This document shows, piece by piece, positions 8,995 through 19,168 of a stretch of DNA of 64,000 nt; position 1 is the first letter of the stretch, and each line of letters opens with the position of its first letter. The translations under genes and the position numbers were made by a program. The stretch is from a virus (Duplodnaviria > Caudoviricetes): positions 1,354 to 65,353 of the IMG/VR virus record IMGVR_UViG_3300033141_002949; one strand, 5' to 3'. Under the pieces are notes generated by a model. The model made no database searches and was not told the DNA's origin. It saw nothing but the letters and a program-made list of their open reading frames with translations.

Positions 8995-10707
8995 TCACCA
9001 ATCCAAAGCGTTGATTTTCATTGGGTCCCACTCGCCCTCACGAGTCCACAGGATCTTTCTGGCAAAGCCTTGTATGACGACGTTGCCCTCACGGGCCTCC
9101 GGCGTCTGCGGGGCGCCCAGGGCGTCCCAACGCGCGCGTTTGACGAAGGCGCTATTGGGGTTGTAGGGTATCCCCGCTTTATCCCATCCAACGTGCTGCC
9201 ACGCTATCTGACGGATTCGCTCTGTGGAGATGTCCACGGTGGGCCTCCTGGTGAATGGGTGGGCGTTCCACTCTTGCTTTAGAAGGGCAACAACGGGGAG
9301 GTCGCCCCCATGACGGCGGTTGTCATGCCACGCGGCCCAGGCGAAGCCATCGTGTTGATGTCCCCACTCGGCCACGAACCACATACATTGGCAGAACAAT
9401 GAGTCACGCCAACGCCCGGTCCTGAACCCACGCAGGAGTTCCACGTTGTACTGGGCGTGCAGGGACACGTCGATCTTGGGATAGCGTGGGTCCTGGTGCC
9501 ACTCCGGTTCATACCCTGCCTCCGTGCCCAAGAGTGGTAGGGAACGCCCGTAGCGCGCCTTTACCAGATCGTCTATCCATTCGTAATCCAGAAAGTGACA
9601 GCCAGGCACGGGTTCCCCAGGGCGGTCCCGGTAATCTAGCGGGTGGTTGAGGGGCCTGTTGTGTACGGCCAGGGCAGCACCATCGAGGCTGCGCATGTGT
9701 CCGTGCTTTTCCAGCCAATCGAAGGTCACGTTGTACCATTTATGGTGGGGATAGTGACCGCCAGGAGCCAGGGCGGGCAGCAACGGAATGCCGCCAGCTG
9801 CCTTGATAACTTCCTGGTTCCTTAACCACTGTTGGCAGACCTTATCCACGTGCGCGCCCTCATTCCACTCTGCTTCGTCCCATTCATCTTTCAGGTTCGG
9901 TTCGTTGCCGAACTCAAAGTAGCGGGCGCCCGCGTCAGTGTACGCGCGCACGACGTTGCCCTCGACGACGTAATGGGGATGCGGGCGGGGGGCGTAGAGC
10001 CTGACGATGACTTCTATCCCGTGCGCGGCGAGTACGCGCGCCATCTCAACCTTGTTGGTGCCGAAGACCAAGAGCTTGAACCACGTCATGCCGTGGCTGC
10101 GCATGTAGCGAGCAAAGTCCGCGAGGTCGCCGGGTTGGGCGTAGACGCCTGTGGAGTCGTGGTATCCCCAACCCGTATCCTCCGTCGGTCGCGGATAACC
10201 TTGCATGTCCCCTCCTAGAAGGTGCTTCCATTTGTCCCAAGTGTCGCCAGGGCAGGCGGTGGGGTTGTTTTGGGCGACCTTGTAACCCTCCTTGTGCCCC
10301 ACAACCCTGAGTATACCATAACGCTCCTGCAACCGTTCACGCAGGGCACAGAAGGAGTCCGTCTGTGCGTCCGTTGGGTGCACACGCGAAAAGTCTCCCA
10401 CCAGGGCCACGCCGAGGGCGCGATTGTTCTCCGAGAGGGGATCGTTGATGTCGCCCATCCCGGCGTGCCAGACGCGATCCTCATAGTCGTTGCACCACCA
10501 GATCTGACCGTCGTGCGTTATCACGTAGTGGTAGCAAATCGCAGGGCGGTCACGGACGTTGACGTGGTAGTCGGCGATGAGCGGGACGGGATACTCGGGC
10601 GGCGTGTTCGTATGGTGAACGACCAACGAGTCTATAGCCCTATTACGTTGATCCCACCTTTTAGTTGGATGTCGGACCAGCGTCTTCCTGGCGTCGAAAA
10701 TGTGCAT
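8995..10707 (-). CDS. endolysin: N-acetylmuramoyl-L-alanine amidase plus glycoside-hydrolase-like (TIM barrel) domain
   Basis: VVHHT, YHYVI, WHAG, VGHKE, TACPG (amidase_2); GNEPN and TEAG (GH-A clan-like acid/base and nucleophile); GGAGG RBS. Confidence 0.85.
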   Translation of the reverse strand: MHIFDARKTLVRHPTKRWDQRNRAIDSLVVHHTNTPPEYPVPLIADYHVNVRDRPAICYHYVITHDGQIWWCNDYEDRVWHAGMGDINDPLSENNRALGVALVGDFSRVHPTDAQTDSFCALRERLQERYGILRVVGHKEGYKVAQNNPTACPGDTWDKWKHLLGGDMQGYPRPTEDTGWGYHDSTGVYAQPGDLADFARYMRSHGMTWFKLLVFGTNKVEMARVLAAHGIEVIVRLYAPRPHPHYVVEGNVVRAYTDAGARYFEFGNEPNLKDEWDEAEWNEGAHVDKVCQQWLRNQEVIKAAGGIPLLPALAPGGHYPHHKWYNVTFDWLEKHGHMRSLDGAALAVHNRPLNHPLDYRDRPGEPVPGCHFLDYEWIDDLVKARYGRSLPLLGTEAGYEPEWHQDPRYPKIDVSLHAQYNVELLRGFRTGRWRDSLFCQCMWFVAEWGHQHDGFAWAAWHDNRRHGGDLPVVALLKQEWNAHPFTRRPTVDISTERIRQIAWQHVGWDKAGIPYNPNSAFVKRARWDALGAPQTPEAREGNVVIQGFARKILWTREGEWDPMKINALDW

Positions 10708-10755
10708 TTGTCTGTTCCCACCTCCGGCTCCTACGCGCCGTGGTCGGCGCCGCAC

Positions 10756-11157
10756 TCAGGATGCTTCATCCACCAGCAGCGGCCCCAGTGCGATCAGCAC
10801 TGCCGGCTCAATGTCGCCCACGGACTCCAGGTCGGCTACAGTAATCGTCTCGCTAACCTCGACCTCGGTCTCGAGCAGCTCATTGTAGGACGCTTGGAAC
10901 GCTGCCATGTTGGTCAACTTGTACTGCCGCTGTGAGCCGTCCGGCGAGACGTTCGTGCGTACCATCTCGCCGTTGGCGTCGCGCTCGGCGTACTGCTCGA
11001 TGAGCTTTTGGCGCTCCGCTTCGGCGTCGTCCAGATGTGCTTTGACTTCCTTGATTAGCCGTCGTACCTTGAGCGCCGCCGCGAAGCTCATACGCCGCTG
11101 TGCGATGGCATTCAGTGCGCTCGTCGCTTGCTGCGCGTCTCGGATGGTGATTTGCAT
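10756..11157 (-). CDS. hypothetical protein, possible tail-fibre-associated/chaperone
   Basis: AAGGAG RBS; ERQKLIEQYAERDANGE motif; lies right after the fibre gene. Confidence 0.6.
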   Translation of the reverse strand: MQITIRDAQQATSALNAIAQRRMSFAAALKVRRLIKEVKAHLDDAEAERQKLIEQYAERDANGEMVRTNVSPDGSQRQYKLTNMAAFQASYNELLETEVEVSETITVADLESVGDIEPAVLIALGPLLVDEAS

Positions 11158-11167
11158 GTGTGCTCCT

Positions 11168-14100
11168 TTACCTACCCCAAGCGTGAATGGTGTAGCTCCT
11201 TGTCGTACTGTAACCGTTCTGCACTTTTATCGCGAAATCCTCCCAGTATACATTTATCTTGTTTGCGGTATCTTTCGTGGTGCTGAAACGCGCGGTATCA
11301 CCAGAGACGATAACTTGTGCGCTAATATCCAGGCGAAATAACGCACAACGGCCAGCACTGCTAGATTCAACGAATACCAAGCCATGATTAAGCGGCAGCG
11401 TTATAATCTCCCCCGCTGCATGTGACGCATTGGTGGTTTGTGACACAAACTGCCCAGTAGCAGAGGATGCCAGGCTAGTATTACCAATCACAATGTCACC
11501 AGAAACTTTGATATCGCCCGCCCCCGCTCCCGTCGCCGTGCCAAGGTTGAGACCGCCCTCCACGACGACGCTATCGGGGGTATGCATCACGTCCGCTGCA
11601 CTGCGATACCACTGTGCATCCCCACCGATCAAGAGGCCCGCAGCGCTGCCCGTAGCTGGCAACTGTGTTTGACGTGTTTCGGTCACCTGAAGCACGACCT
11701 GTGACGCCCAGGAGCCAACTCCGTCATTCGTCAACAACTGAAGGCGGCCTTCTCTGTCCGCCTCAGCGAAGTTCGGACCGGTTTTCGCAGCTACCCTGGC
11801 AACCTCTCGCGCTGCTGTTCCGGTATGAGCATAGAAAATAAAGGCGCCAGCGGTATCACCGCCAGGAACGGCGGTTGGGAGAGCCTTAGTCCCTCGTGCT
11901 GTCATAAGGGCACAGAGCGGGTGGCTGGTCGTAGTGCCCGTATAATCCGCGACGGTAAAACCCGGATATCGGGCCACCGTACTGGAGGTGTTCTCAAGCA
12001 GCAGCATCTTGGAGTCGGCATCAGCGAAGCTCACCTGAAGATGCACATTCGGGTCAAGTGCAGTTGGACCGATATTGAGGCTATCTGATATCCCGACAGC
12101 TCCGGTTACGTCAAGTGCATTGACTGGAGCCATGCCGATCCCCAGGCGCTCCAACTGCAAATAGCCGTCGGCGTCAGTCTTGAGCAGCGCACTGGCTGCG
12201 CCAGGGTCGGCGCTTGGCGTGAGGAGACCCAGTGTGTCAGTCGCCGTGAGGCCGACCACTTGCAACGCCGAGCCAGTGACGGTGTGGTAGGCACCAACCA
12301 CATCATGAGCGACCGTGCCACCGCCAGGCAAATTGCCGATCTGTACCCGCTTCTTGGCGTTGCCAGCCTCAGAGTCTTCGATGAGCAACACGTCCGCGCT
12401 GGCTGGTGTAGTTTTCTCAGGGACGAGTACGATCTCGCCGGCCACGTTGTCATGTATGGCGTCCACATCGGTGTGGTCCAGGTCGGTGATATCCGCCTCG
12501 ACGTGATTGTGTGATGGCAGATCACCCGCCTGTATCGCACCCCAGGCGAAAGTTGTAGCGCCAGTGGCCCGCAGCACGTGGCCGACAGTCAAGCCGCTCT
12601 CGGTATGGTCAGGACCGCTAAGGACGTGACTCTGCGGATGGTGTGGGGCGTCGTCGCCGATAGCCGTGTGCTCCGCCGGCGTCAGAACGTCGGCCAGCGT
12701 AAGCTCCTGTCCCACGAGACTCAAAGCCGGATCGCTCCCGGCACCAAGGGTTACCGGCGCATGGTGCTGATCGGCAAGGACGTTCGTGAGGTTGGCATGA
12801 TCTACTTGTGTTGGGTCCCCCGCCGAGTGGTCATGCGCATCATAGCTGGCCTTTAGCCCTGCTATATCCACGCCATCCACCGTGCCCGTAACGCCAATGT
12901 TGCCGGTGACATCCAGCGCGTTAGTCGGAGCCATGCCGATTCCCAAACGCTCCAACTGCAAATAGCCATTGGCGTCGCTTTTCAACAATGCGCTATTCGC
13001 GCCAGGGTTGGCGCTTGGCGTGAGCAACCCGATTGTATTCGGCGCGGTCGCGCCAACCACGGAGAGGGCCGGCCCCGTAAGCGTGTGGTCACCACCAACC
13101 ACATCGTGTACCTGCGTATGGTGCTGGTTGGCTGTTACCCCGGCAAGGTCGTCGTGGTGGACGGGAGTCGTCGTAGGGAAGAGAACCTCAAAAGCGCTCT
13201 CGACGGCGGTGAGTTCCGTGTCGTTCTTGAATACGATGATCTTCGCCACGAGGGTGGCGAACTCGGAACAGATATCCGGAATATCGGGGAGTGGCGCGAT
13301 CTCCGCATCGTACAGCTTGTACGAGTCGCGGCCGTAGACCGTATCCACGTGGCCGTCATGGTGCAGGAATACCCAATGGATCCCGTAGCGGTTAGGTGCA
13401 AGTGGGGCCAGACCGGTACCTGTATCGTAGTTGACGTTATCTATCGTCGCCTGATCCCTAGCAGTGAAAGTCCAGTTCCCCGCGCCATCGTGATACCAGG
13501 CCCGAAATCTGTCAGCACCGCTTGTATCAAAGGCATCTGTGGTGAATCGTTCGAGACCCGAATATAGCACGCCCTCGGTGAGTGAAAAGTGGAGCGACCC
13601 CTCGTCAGCGATGATAGCCCCAGAGACGCGCTCAACCCTCCGTGCGTCGCGGATCCGTTTATGCAGGCGCTGCAACGTGTTGTAGAGATAGCCGCCAGAC
13701 TGTAGGATGTGTAGTTCTGTGCCACTCCTGAACACCCGACCGATGATGAACTCGGTCATGCGGTTGATGGATGTTTCATCGTCCGTGACCTCGATCGTGC
13801 CAGCGGACGTTCCGTAGATCCAGTTGACCTTTTCATCGGTCAGCGCAAGATGAGTGACGGCCGGACAGTCGATGAAAGCTATAACGCCATCGATCTCATC
13901 GTCGGTCCGCTTGACCATCGCCTTGACCGCGCCGACATCGACCCGGCCGTCAGCGATACTGCCGTCGTCTGTGCCATCCGGCACGTTTGCGACGGTGATG
14001 GTCGTGTCGTCATCCTCGGCGTCGTAGATGGAATCGCCCACGGTCGTGTAATCACCGTCGTTGCCAGTGCTGCCTGAAACGGTGAAGACGACTCCGTTCG

Positions 14101-15880
14101 TGAAGTAAGCCGTCACATCGCCAGCTATCTTGAAAGTATTAGCTACATCGTCTGCGGCTTTGATGGCATAAGAGGTCGCGGTGATCTCTCCGCCGTCGAT
14201 CAGCCCAGCGGACTGCGTGATGTTCGCCCAGTGTTGGAAGTACTTATAGGTCGGAGTATTGATCCACTCCATGACCACGTTGCCTCGGATCTCGTTGCTC
14301 ACGTCCAGGCTGCCCGTGATAAGGAGATCCTCACCGCTGGGTGTGATGGTCAAGTCACCGGTGTTGCCAACCGTGAACTGGGCGTAGTTGTCCGCGTCAT
14401 AGGCTAGCCGGAGTTGCTCGTCAGTCTTGATAAGATGCAGCTTGGCCGAGGCTGCGTAGGCACCGGATACGATGTCCACAGCGGCCTCCCCAATGCCCCC
14501 GATGACCGCCGTGTTGCTGGCCGTAACAGCAGCCCGGTAGCCGATGGCGATGCTCTTGGACACGTCGCCGCTGGGATCGCCCCAGCCGGCCCAACCCGCG
14601 CCGGCCTGAAAACCGATGTAAGTGTTGTGCTGGCCGGTCGCCACGGCGTTCGCGCCGGCCATGTACCCGATCATGACGTTGCCGGGGCCGCTGGTCACGT
14701 CCTCACCGGCTTCGCTGCCGACGAAAGTGCCATAGCCGGCGGTTGTCTCCCCGCCGGCCATATGGCCAACAGCGGTATTCTTCTCACTGTATCCTGTGAC
14801 ACTCCCGAGTGCATAATCGCCAATAGCAACGTTGTAGTCCCCTGTGGTGAGACTATACAGTGCCATATCGCCGACAGCGACATTATCGGAGCCGTACTCA
14901 AGGCTGAACAATGCCCACGGCCCTACGCCAACATTGTACTCTGAGAGTGGATTGTTGACCCATCGCAATGCTTGATAGCCGATACCGACGTTGAACGAAC
15001 CATCACTGGCCCTGGACATAGCCTCAGGGCCTATGGCCGTATTGTAGTCTCCGTCTTCCAGGTTCCGTCCCGCATCGTAACCGATAGCCACATTGCCGGT
15101 GCCGGCGGTCGCATTGAGCAAGGAGAAAGCGCCTACGGCGACGTTCTGGTCACCGTCCAGAAGGGAGCCGCCCGCTGAGCGCCCCACGGCGGTGTTGTCG
15201 CTGCCAGTGGTAAGAGCGGAGAGTGCGTTGCCGCCCAGAGCCGTGTTCCAGATACCCGTCGTGACCTTCTGTCCGGCGTGATAACCCACAGCCACGTTGT
15301 ACTCGCCGCTGGTCAGGTCCTGTAACACCTCGCCGCCGATGCCCACGTTGAACTGGGCATTGATGCTGTGGGAGAAGTTGCCAGCGTTATAGCCCCAGAA
15401 TACGTTGCGAGACTCGAACTCGTGGAAGAGCCGCATCCGTGTCCAGCTATAGTCGCTGGGGCCGCCGCGAGCAACGAAAAATTGCTGGCCGTTGAGCACG
15501 TCTACCAGATAACCGTTATTGGTGATCGTCCCAGTCACTTGACAATCACGCAGTGTAGCATCCCAGCCCACTGTGACAGCACCATCGATGACAGTATTGT
15601 GTAGCCCCTGGCCAACCACCTCCACACCATCAGGTATCGTGACGTTCTCCGCAAATGTCCCTGACAACGCCCAAATCGTGTCCCCCGCGCTGGCTGCTGC
15701 ACATGCTTCGCCAATGGACGAAAACTGTGCAAATGAAGAGCCGTCTGCGTAGAACAACAAAACACGGTCGGAAATTGCAGGAGGTAAATCCTCAGAACGC
15801 TCGTAGGCCTCTCGCACCTCCAACTTGCGGATGCGGCGTTCCAACTCACGGAACCTGGTCCCTATGATGTCGGTCGTCAT
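11168..15880 (-). CDS. large tail fibre / receptor-binding protein (1570 aa)
   Basis: Many NxAxGxxAL (YadA-head-like) repeats, His-rich motifs, internal duplication; last gene of the tail module. Confidence 0.8.
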   Translation of the reverse strand: MTTDIIGTRFRELERRIRKLEVREAYERSEDLPPAISDRVLLFYADGSSFAQFSSIGEACAAASAGDTIWALSGTFAENVTIPDGVEVVGQGLHNTVIDGAVTVGWDATLRDCQVTGTITNNGYLVDVLNGQQFFVARGGPSDYSWTRMRLFHEFESRNVFWGYNAGNFSHSINAQFNVGIGGEVLQDLTSGEYNVAVGYHAGQKVTTGIWNTALGGNALSALTTGSDNTAVGRSAGGSLLDGDQNVAVGAFSLLNATAGTGNVAIGYDAGRNLEDGDYNTAIGPEAMSRASDGSFNVGIGYQALRWVNNPLSEYNVGVGPWALFSLEYGSDNVAVGDMALYSLTTGDYNVAIGDYALGSVTGYSEKNTAVGHMAGGETTAGYGTFVGSEAGEDVTSGPGNVMIGYMAGANAVATGQHNTYIGFQAGAGWAGWGDPSGDVSKSIAIGYRAAVTASNTAVIGGIGEAAVDIVSGAYAASAKLHLIKTDEQLRLAYDADNYAQFTVGNTGDLTITPSGEDLLITGSLDVSNEIRGNVVMEWINTPTYKYFQHWANITQSAGLIDGGEITATSYAIKAADDVANTFKIAGDVTAYFTNGVVFTVSGSTGNDGDYTTVGDSIYDAEDDDTTITVANVPDGTDDGSIADGRVDVGAVKAMVKRTDDEIDGVIAFIDCPAVTHLALTDEKVNWIYGTSAGTIEVTDDETSINRMTEFIIGRVFRSGTELHILQSGGYLYNTLQRLHKRIRDARRVERVSGAIIADEGSLHFSLTEGVLYSGLERFTTDAFDTSGADRFRAWYHDGAGNWTFTARDQATIDNVNYDTGTGLAPLAPNRYGIHWVFLHHDGHVDTVYGRDSYKLYDAEIAPLPDIPDICSEFATLVAKIIVFKNDTELTAVESAFEVLFPTTTPVHHDDLAGVTANQHHTQVHDVVGGDHTLTGPALSVVGATAPNTIGLLTPSANPGANSALLKSDANGYLQLERLGIGMAPTNALDVTGNIGVTGTVDGVDIAGLKASYDAHDHSAGDPTQVDHANLTNVLADQHHAPVTLGAGSDPALSLVGQELTLADVLTPAEHTAIGDDAPHHPQSHVLSGPDHTESGLTVGHVLRATGATTFAWGAIQAGDLPSHNHVEADITDLDHTDVDAIHDNVAGEIVLVPEKTTPASADVLLIEDSEAGNAKKRVQIGNLPGGGTVAHDVVGAYHTVTGSALQVVGLTATDTLGLLTPSADPGAASALLKTDADGYLQLERLGIGMAPVNALDVTGAVGISDSLNIGPTALDPNVHLQVSFADADSKMLLLENTSSTVARYPGFTVADYTGTTTSHPLCALMTARGTKALPTAVPGGDTAGAFIFYAHTGTAAREVARVAAKTGPNFAEADREGRLQLLTNDGVGSWASQVVLQVTETRQTQLPATGSAAGLLIGGDAQWYRSAADVMHTPDSVVVEGGLNLGTATGAGAGDIKVSGDIVIGNTSLASSATGQFVSQTTNASHAAGEIITLPLNHGLVFVESSSAGRCALFRLDISAQVIVSGDTARFSTTKDTANKINVYWEDFAIKVQNGYSTTRSYTIHAWGR

Positions 15881-17223
15881 GGCGCGACCTCCTCAGGGCG
15901 TATCACATCGGGCCAATGTACGAGGCGAGGATACACGTGCTCTCCCCGCTCGTCAAGCAACACACGCACTTCGATGATCCTGAAATCGTAGTATACGTCA
16001 TCGTAGTGCACCGTAACGCGGTCACCTAAGTCCCAATCTACGCCGTACAGTGAACCTATTGTAGGAAGGGCCTCAAAGGTGAGACTTATAACGTCCTTGC
16101 GCTCGGCGAGGTAGGCGTCGGCCTGGGCCATCAGGTCCGCCGTCTGGGTGTACTGTGTGGCTTCCACCAGGCTCTCGACGAAGTTCCACGGGGAATGGTA
16201 CTGCGCGTCCGTCAGGCTGTAACGACGCACGCGCTCGCGGGTGGCCCCTATACCATCGCCCAACGCGACCGCGCTGGTTACCTCGCGCGTGCGGTCCCGT
16301 ACAAACTCCACCCTGTGCATGTTCCCGTTCTCTAGGGCGAATATTACAGGGTTGTTGCCTTCAGGGTTGTCCCACCTGCGGTCCACACCGTAACTGTCGT
16401 AATATATATGAAACATGTACACATCGTCGTACCGAACCACGTCGAAATCGAAACCTACGCCGTCGGCGTACATTTCGAGTTCTTCTGAAAGCTGCGTCCA
16501 GCGGAAGTTCAACGCCTCTGCGGGCGTCGGTCCTTCTCCCTTATTAGGTTCCACGTAGAAATAAGGCATGTTGCGCTCAGCGTCCTCCGCCGTGGTCATC
16601 TGGCGACGCACCACCTCGCGCATCACGTCGGTGAAAGTGCCGGAAAGCGTCAGAAAGTCCTGACCCACAGGGGGAACGATGATGCGGCGCTTGAGGAGGG
16701 ACCGCAGATCGAACCCCTGCGAGAAAAACCGTAGAACGTCGTCTGCCCGAGGAAGCTCCGTGCCCCAACGACGGTTCAGACCATCGAAATCCTTGTACCA
16801 ATCGCCCCCAGGCGGCTTGCGATGCACGACCACCAACCGGTCCAGGATGAAATATTCCATCGGTATCTTGCTGGCCGCACCGCGCAACGTGTAAGTCCCC
16901 CAGCCGTGATGTCCAAAACCATTGATGGTGCGCGTGTACTCAAGCGTCTCGAACTCATCTATAATACTAAGCACCGTACCATCATAATCCGCGACGAACA
17001 CCTGTGCGCGCCCACTGAGCTTGTCCAGCACAGGGGGAGTTGGGGCGGGAATGGATGGTCCAACAGGATGTATATCTACCTCGACGAGTACCTGCGTGGC
17101 CCGTTGCGGCTGGTCTTCAAGGTGCTCGGCTTCAACAAGTACCTGCGTGACACGTTGTGGCTGGTCCTCAAGGTGCTCGGCTTCGATTATGGTTTGGGTT
17201 ACTCGCCGAGCTGGGTCAGCCAT
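15877..17223 (-). CDS. siphovirus minor tail protein (Gp37-like/Tal hub)
   Basis: GDGIGATR and YGVDWDLGDRVTV; position downstream of Dit. Confidence 0.75.
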   Translation of the reverse strand: MADPARRVTQTIIEAEHLEDQPQRVTQVLVEAEHLEDQPQRATQVLVEVDIHPVGPSIPAPTPPVLDKLSGRAQVFVADYDGTVLSIIDEFETLEYTRTINGFGHHGWGTYTLRGAASKIPMEYFILDRLVVVHRKPPGGDWYKDFDGLNRRWGTELPRADDVLRFFSQGFDLRSLLKRRIIVPPVGQDFLTLSGTFTDVMREVVRRQMTTAEDAERNMPYFYVEPNKGEGPTPAEALNFRWTQLSEELEMYADGVGFDFDVVRYDDVYMFHIYYDSYGVDRRWDNPEGNNPVIFALENGNMHRVEFVRDRTREVTSAVALGDGIGATRERVRRYSLTDAQYHSPWNFVESLVEATQYTQTADLMAQADAYLAERKDVISLTFEALPTIGSLYGVDWDLGDRVTVHYDDVYYDFRIIEVRVLLDERGEHVYPRLVHWPDVIRPEEVAP

Positions 17224-18224
17224 TAGGACACCTCCATACCAGCTTCGAGTGCGTTGACCTTGGCGATAGTCCAGTCGGTAGAATCAGGTGCCTGATCGAA
17301 AATCTCAGTGAAATACTTGTAAGACGTATCCACTGCTAAGTTGCCGCCCTTATAATCCGTGCTACTGTACCGCAGGACGCGCTTGAAGTTACCTGAACCG
17401 GCCGCAGCAAGCTTCACCCGAGCGAGCCACTGTACTGCGTCCACTATGCCAGTTGTGGGTTCAAGGTCTTCCAGGGTATATGTGTCGATCTGACCTACCA
17501 CGTCATCTTCCACATAGTCGATGTCGTCGTTTGGTGGCACCTCATCTACACACTCATAGTTCGCGCCTGCACTGGGGGTAAAGTCGGTGTGCGCGCCTGC
17601 GCCATTCGGCTTGAGTCCGTAAATGCCACCGCGCCCAATCCAAGAATTGTTCTTGGAACCCGTCGTGTCGTTTACAGCGATGTCGTCTAGGTATCCTATC
17701 CACTCGTCGCCGCCAGCAGAACCCCAACGCGCCACGCTTAGGTTGGCGTTACCAGTTTGCTGCGTATCCCCTGCAAAATCTATGACCTGAACGCCATCGA
17801 GTTTCACCGTGACTACCCCAGCGGCATCGTCGATCTTGATGTGTGCCTCAAGACACGTCCAAGCATTCAAGGGCAACGGGCTTGAGCTAGTTGCTAATAA
17901 AGTGCTCTCATCTCCACGGTACAATCGAAGCTGACGAGTAAGCCTATAAATATAAAGAGATATCTGAGCACCTCCAGCACTATCCCTAAACAAAAGCAAC
18001 TTACGAATGCTATCGCCCGTCCCACCCTTATAGTAGATGCCCGCGCGCAGAAAAATTTCACTAGGATCTCCTGGAATATCGTGATAAACCTCTTTACCGT
18101 ATCCGCCCACATACGCAGAATAGACACCAGTTCGGACCGTCTCGGAACTGATTACCGCGTTGGTTGAAGGTAGCACCACATCCAAACTGCCTGCCTCGAA
18201 CCCCGTCATAAAAATCCTAGCCAC
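17223..18224 (-). CDS. tail/baseplate protein with lectin-like beta-sandwich
   Basis: WTCLEAHIK...VKLDG...YLDDIAVND pattern. Confidence 0.65.
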   Translation of the reverse strand: MARIFMTGFEAGSLDVVLPSTNAVISSETVRTGVYSAYVGGYGKEVYHDIPGDPSEIFLRAGIYYKGGTGDSIRKLLLFRDSAGGAQISLYIYRLTRQLRLYRGDESTLLATSSSPLPLNAWTCLEAHIKIDDAAGVVTVKLDGVQVIDFAGDTQQTGNANLSVARWGSAGGDEWIGYLDDIAVNDTTGSKNNSWIGRGGIYGLKPNGAGAHTDFTPSAGANYECVDEVPPNDDIDYVEDDVVGQIDTYTLEDLEPTTGIVDAVQWLARVKLAAAGSGNFKRVLRYSSTDYKGGNLAVDTSYKYFTEIFDQAPDSTDWTIAKVNALEAGMEVS

Positions 18225-18285
18225 CTATACCTCCCTCACCGGTGCTGTACTAAGGATAACATTCCGCCTTCAACGCACTCCCATG

Positions 18286-19167
18286 TTACAAAACACCGTC
18301 CAATGCACTCCGCACTGGCACGAAGAGCACCGTCAGACGACGATCCACCATGTTCGCCGAGTCGGGGTCCGGCACGGTGGCGCGCCAGATTTGCCCTTTG
18401 ATCGTGCGTGAGCCATACGTGATCTGCATGGCCCAATGCGCTGTGAAGTGGTTGTACCCTACCGTGTCCAATATAGCGGAGTGCGTCTCCTCCACCGCGC
18501 CGTTCAGATCCACACGGAAGGCCACACGACCGCCGCTGCCGGACACTGGGCCGTCAAACGTGCAGCTCAACCAGACCAGGATGATACCATCCCACGGGAC
18601 GTACTTGGTGATGGAGCAGTCGGCAATGTCCGTCCACGTCTCCGTAGGTAGGTTGGCGGACAGGCTCCAATTGGAGGTCGCGCCGCTGCCCACAGGGGTG
18701 GGTTCAAAAAGGCCCTTGATGCGCTCATCGGTGAGCGTTATATTACCGCCGGTTGTAATCGACACCTGCCAGAGGGCAATCTCCCACAGAACGCCCGCGT
18801 TCTGCGTCAGCGCGGGAGCGCCGGTGCCCTCAGATGGATTTTGCAAGTGCGCCAACCGTATTTCCTGTGCGGCATAGTCGGAGCGCAGGACGATGCGGTC
18901 TATGCGAGTGCTCACGCTGGGCGTGGGAACGGAAAAGTCTGTGTTGTCATCCGTCTCACACACTCGTCCCCAAATCTGGCCTGCGCCATTCGTGACGCGC
19001 ACAGTGTTGGCCGCCGGTACGGAGGCGTTCCAACCCCAAAACACACCACCGGGAAAGGAGGCATGTGTATTCCAAGTGTTCCGCACGTAGTGCGTAAAGA
19101 CCTCAGCGGAGTAGGGACCGCAATCTCCCAACGCATCTCCATCCCACGGGAGGCTTATCGTAGTCAT
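18286..19167 (-). CDS. minor tail protein
   Basis: RIDRIVLR...PALTQ..WEIAL..LTDER pattern. Confidence 0.7.
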   Translation of the reverse strand: MTTISLPWDGDALGDCGPYSAEVFTHYVRNTWNTHASFPGGVFWGWNASVPAANTVRVTNGAGQIWGRVCETDDNTDFSVPTPSVSTRIDRIVLRSDYAAQEIRLAHLQNPSEGTGAPALTQNAGVLWEIALWQVSITTGGNITLTDERIKGLFEPTPVGSGATSNWSLSANLPTETWTDIADCSITKYVPWDGIILVWLSCTFDGPVSGSGGRVAFRVDLNGAVEETHSAILDTVGYNHFTAHWAMQITYGSRTIKGQIWRATVPDPDSANMVDRRLTVLFVPVRSALDGVL

Positions 19168-19168
19168 G

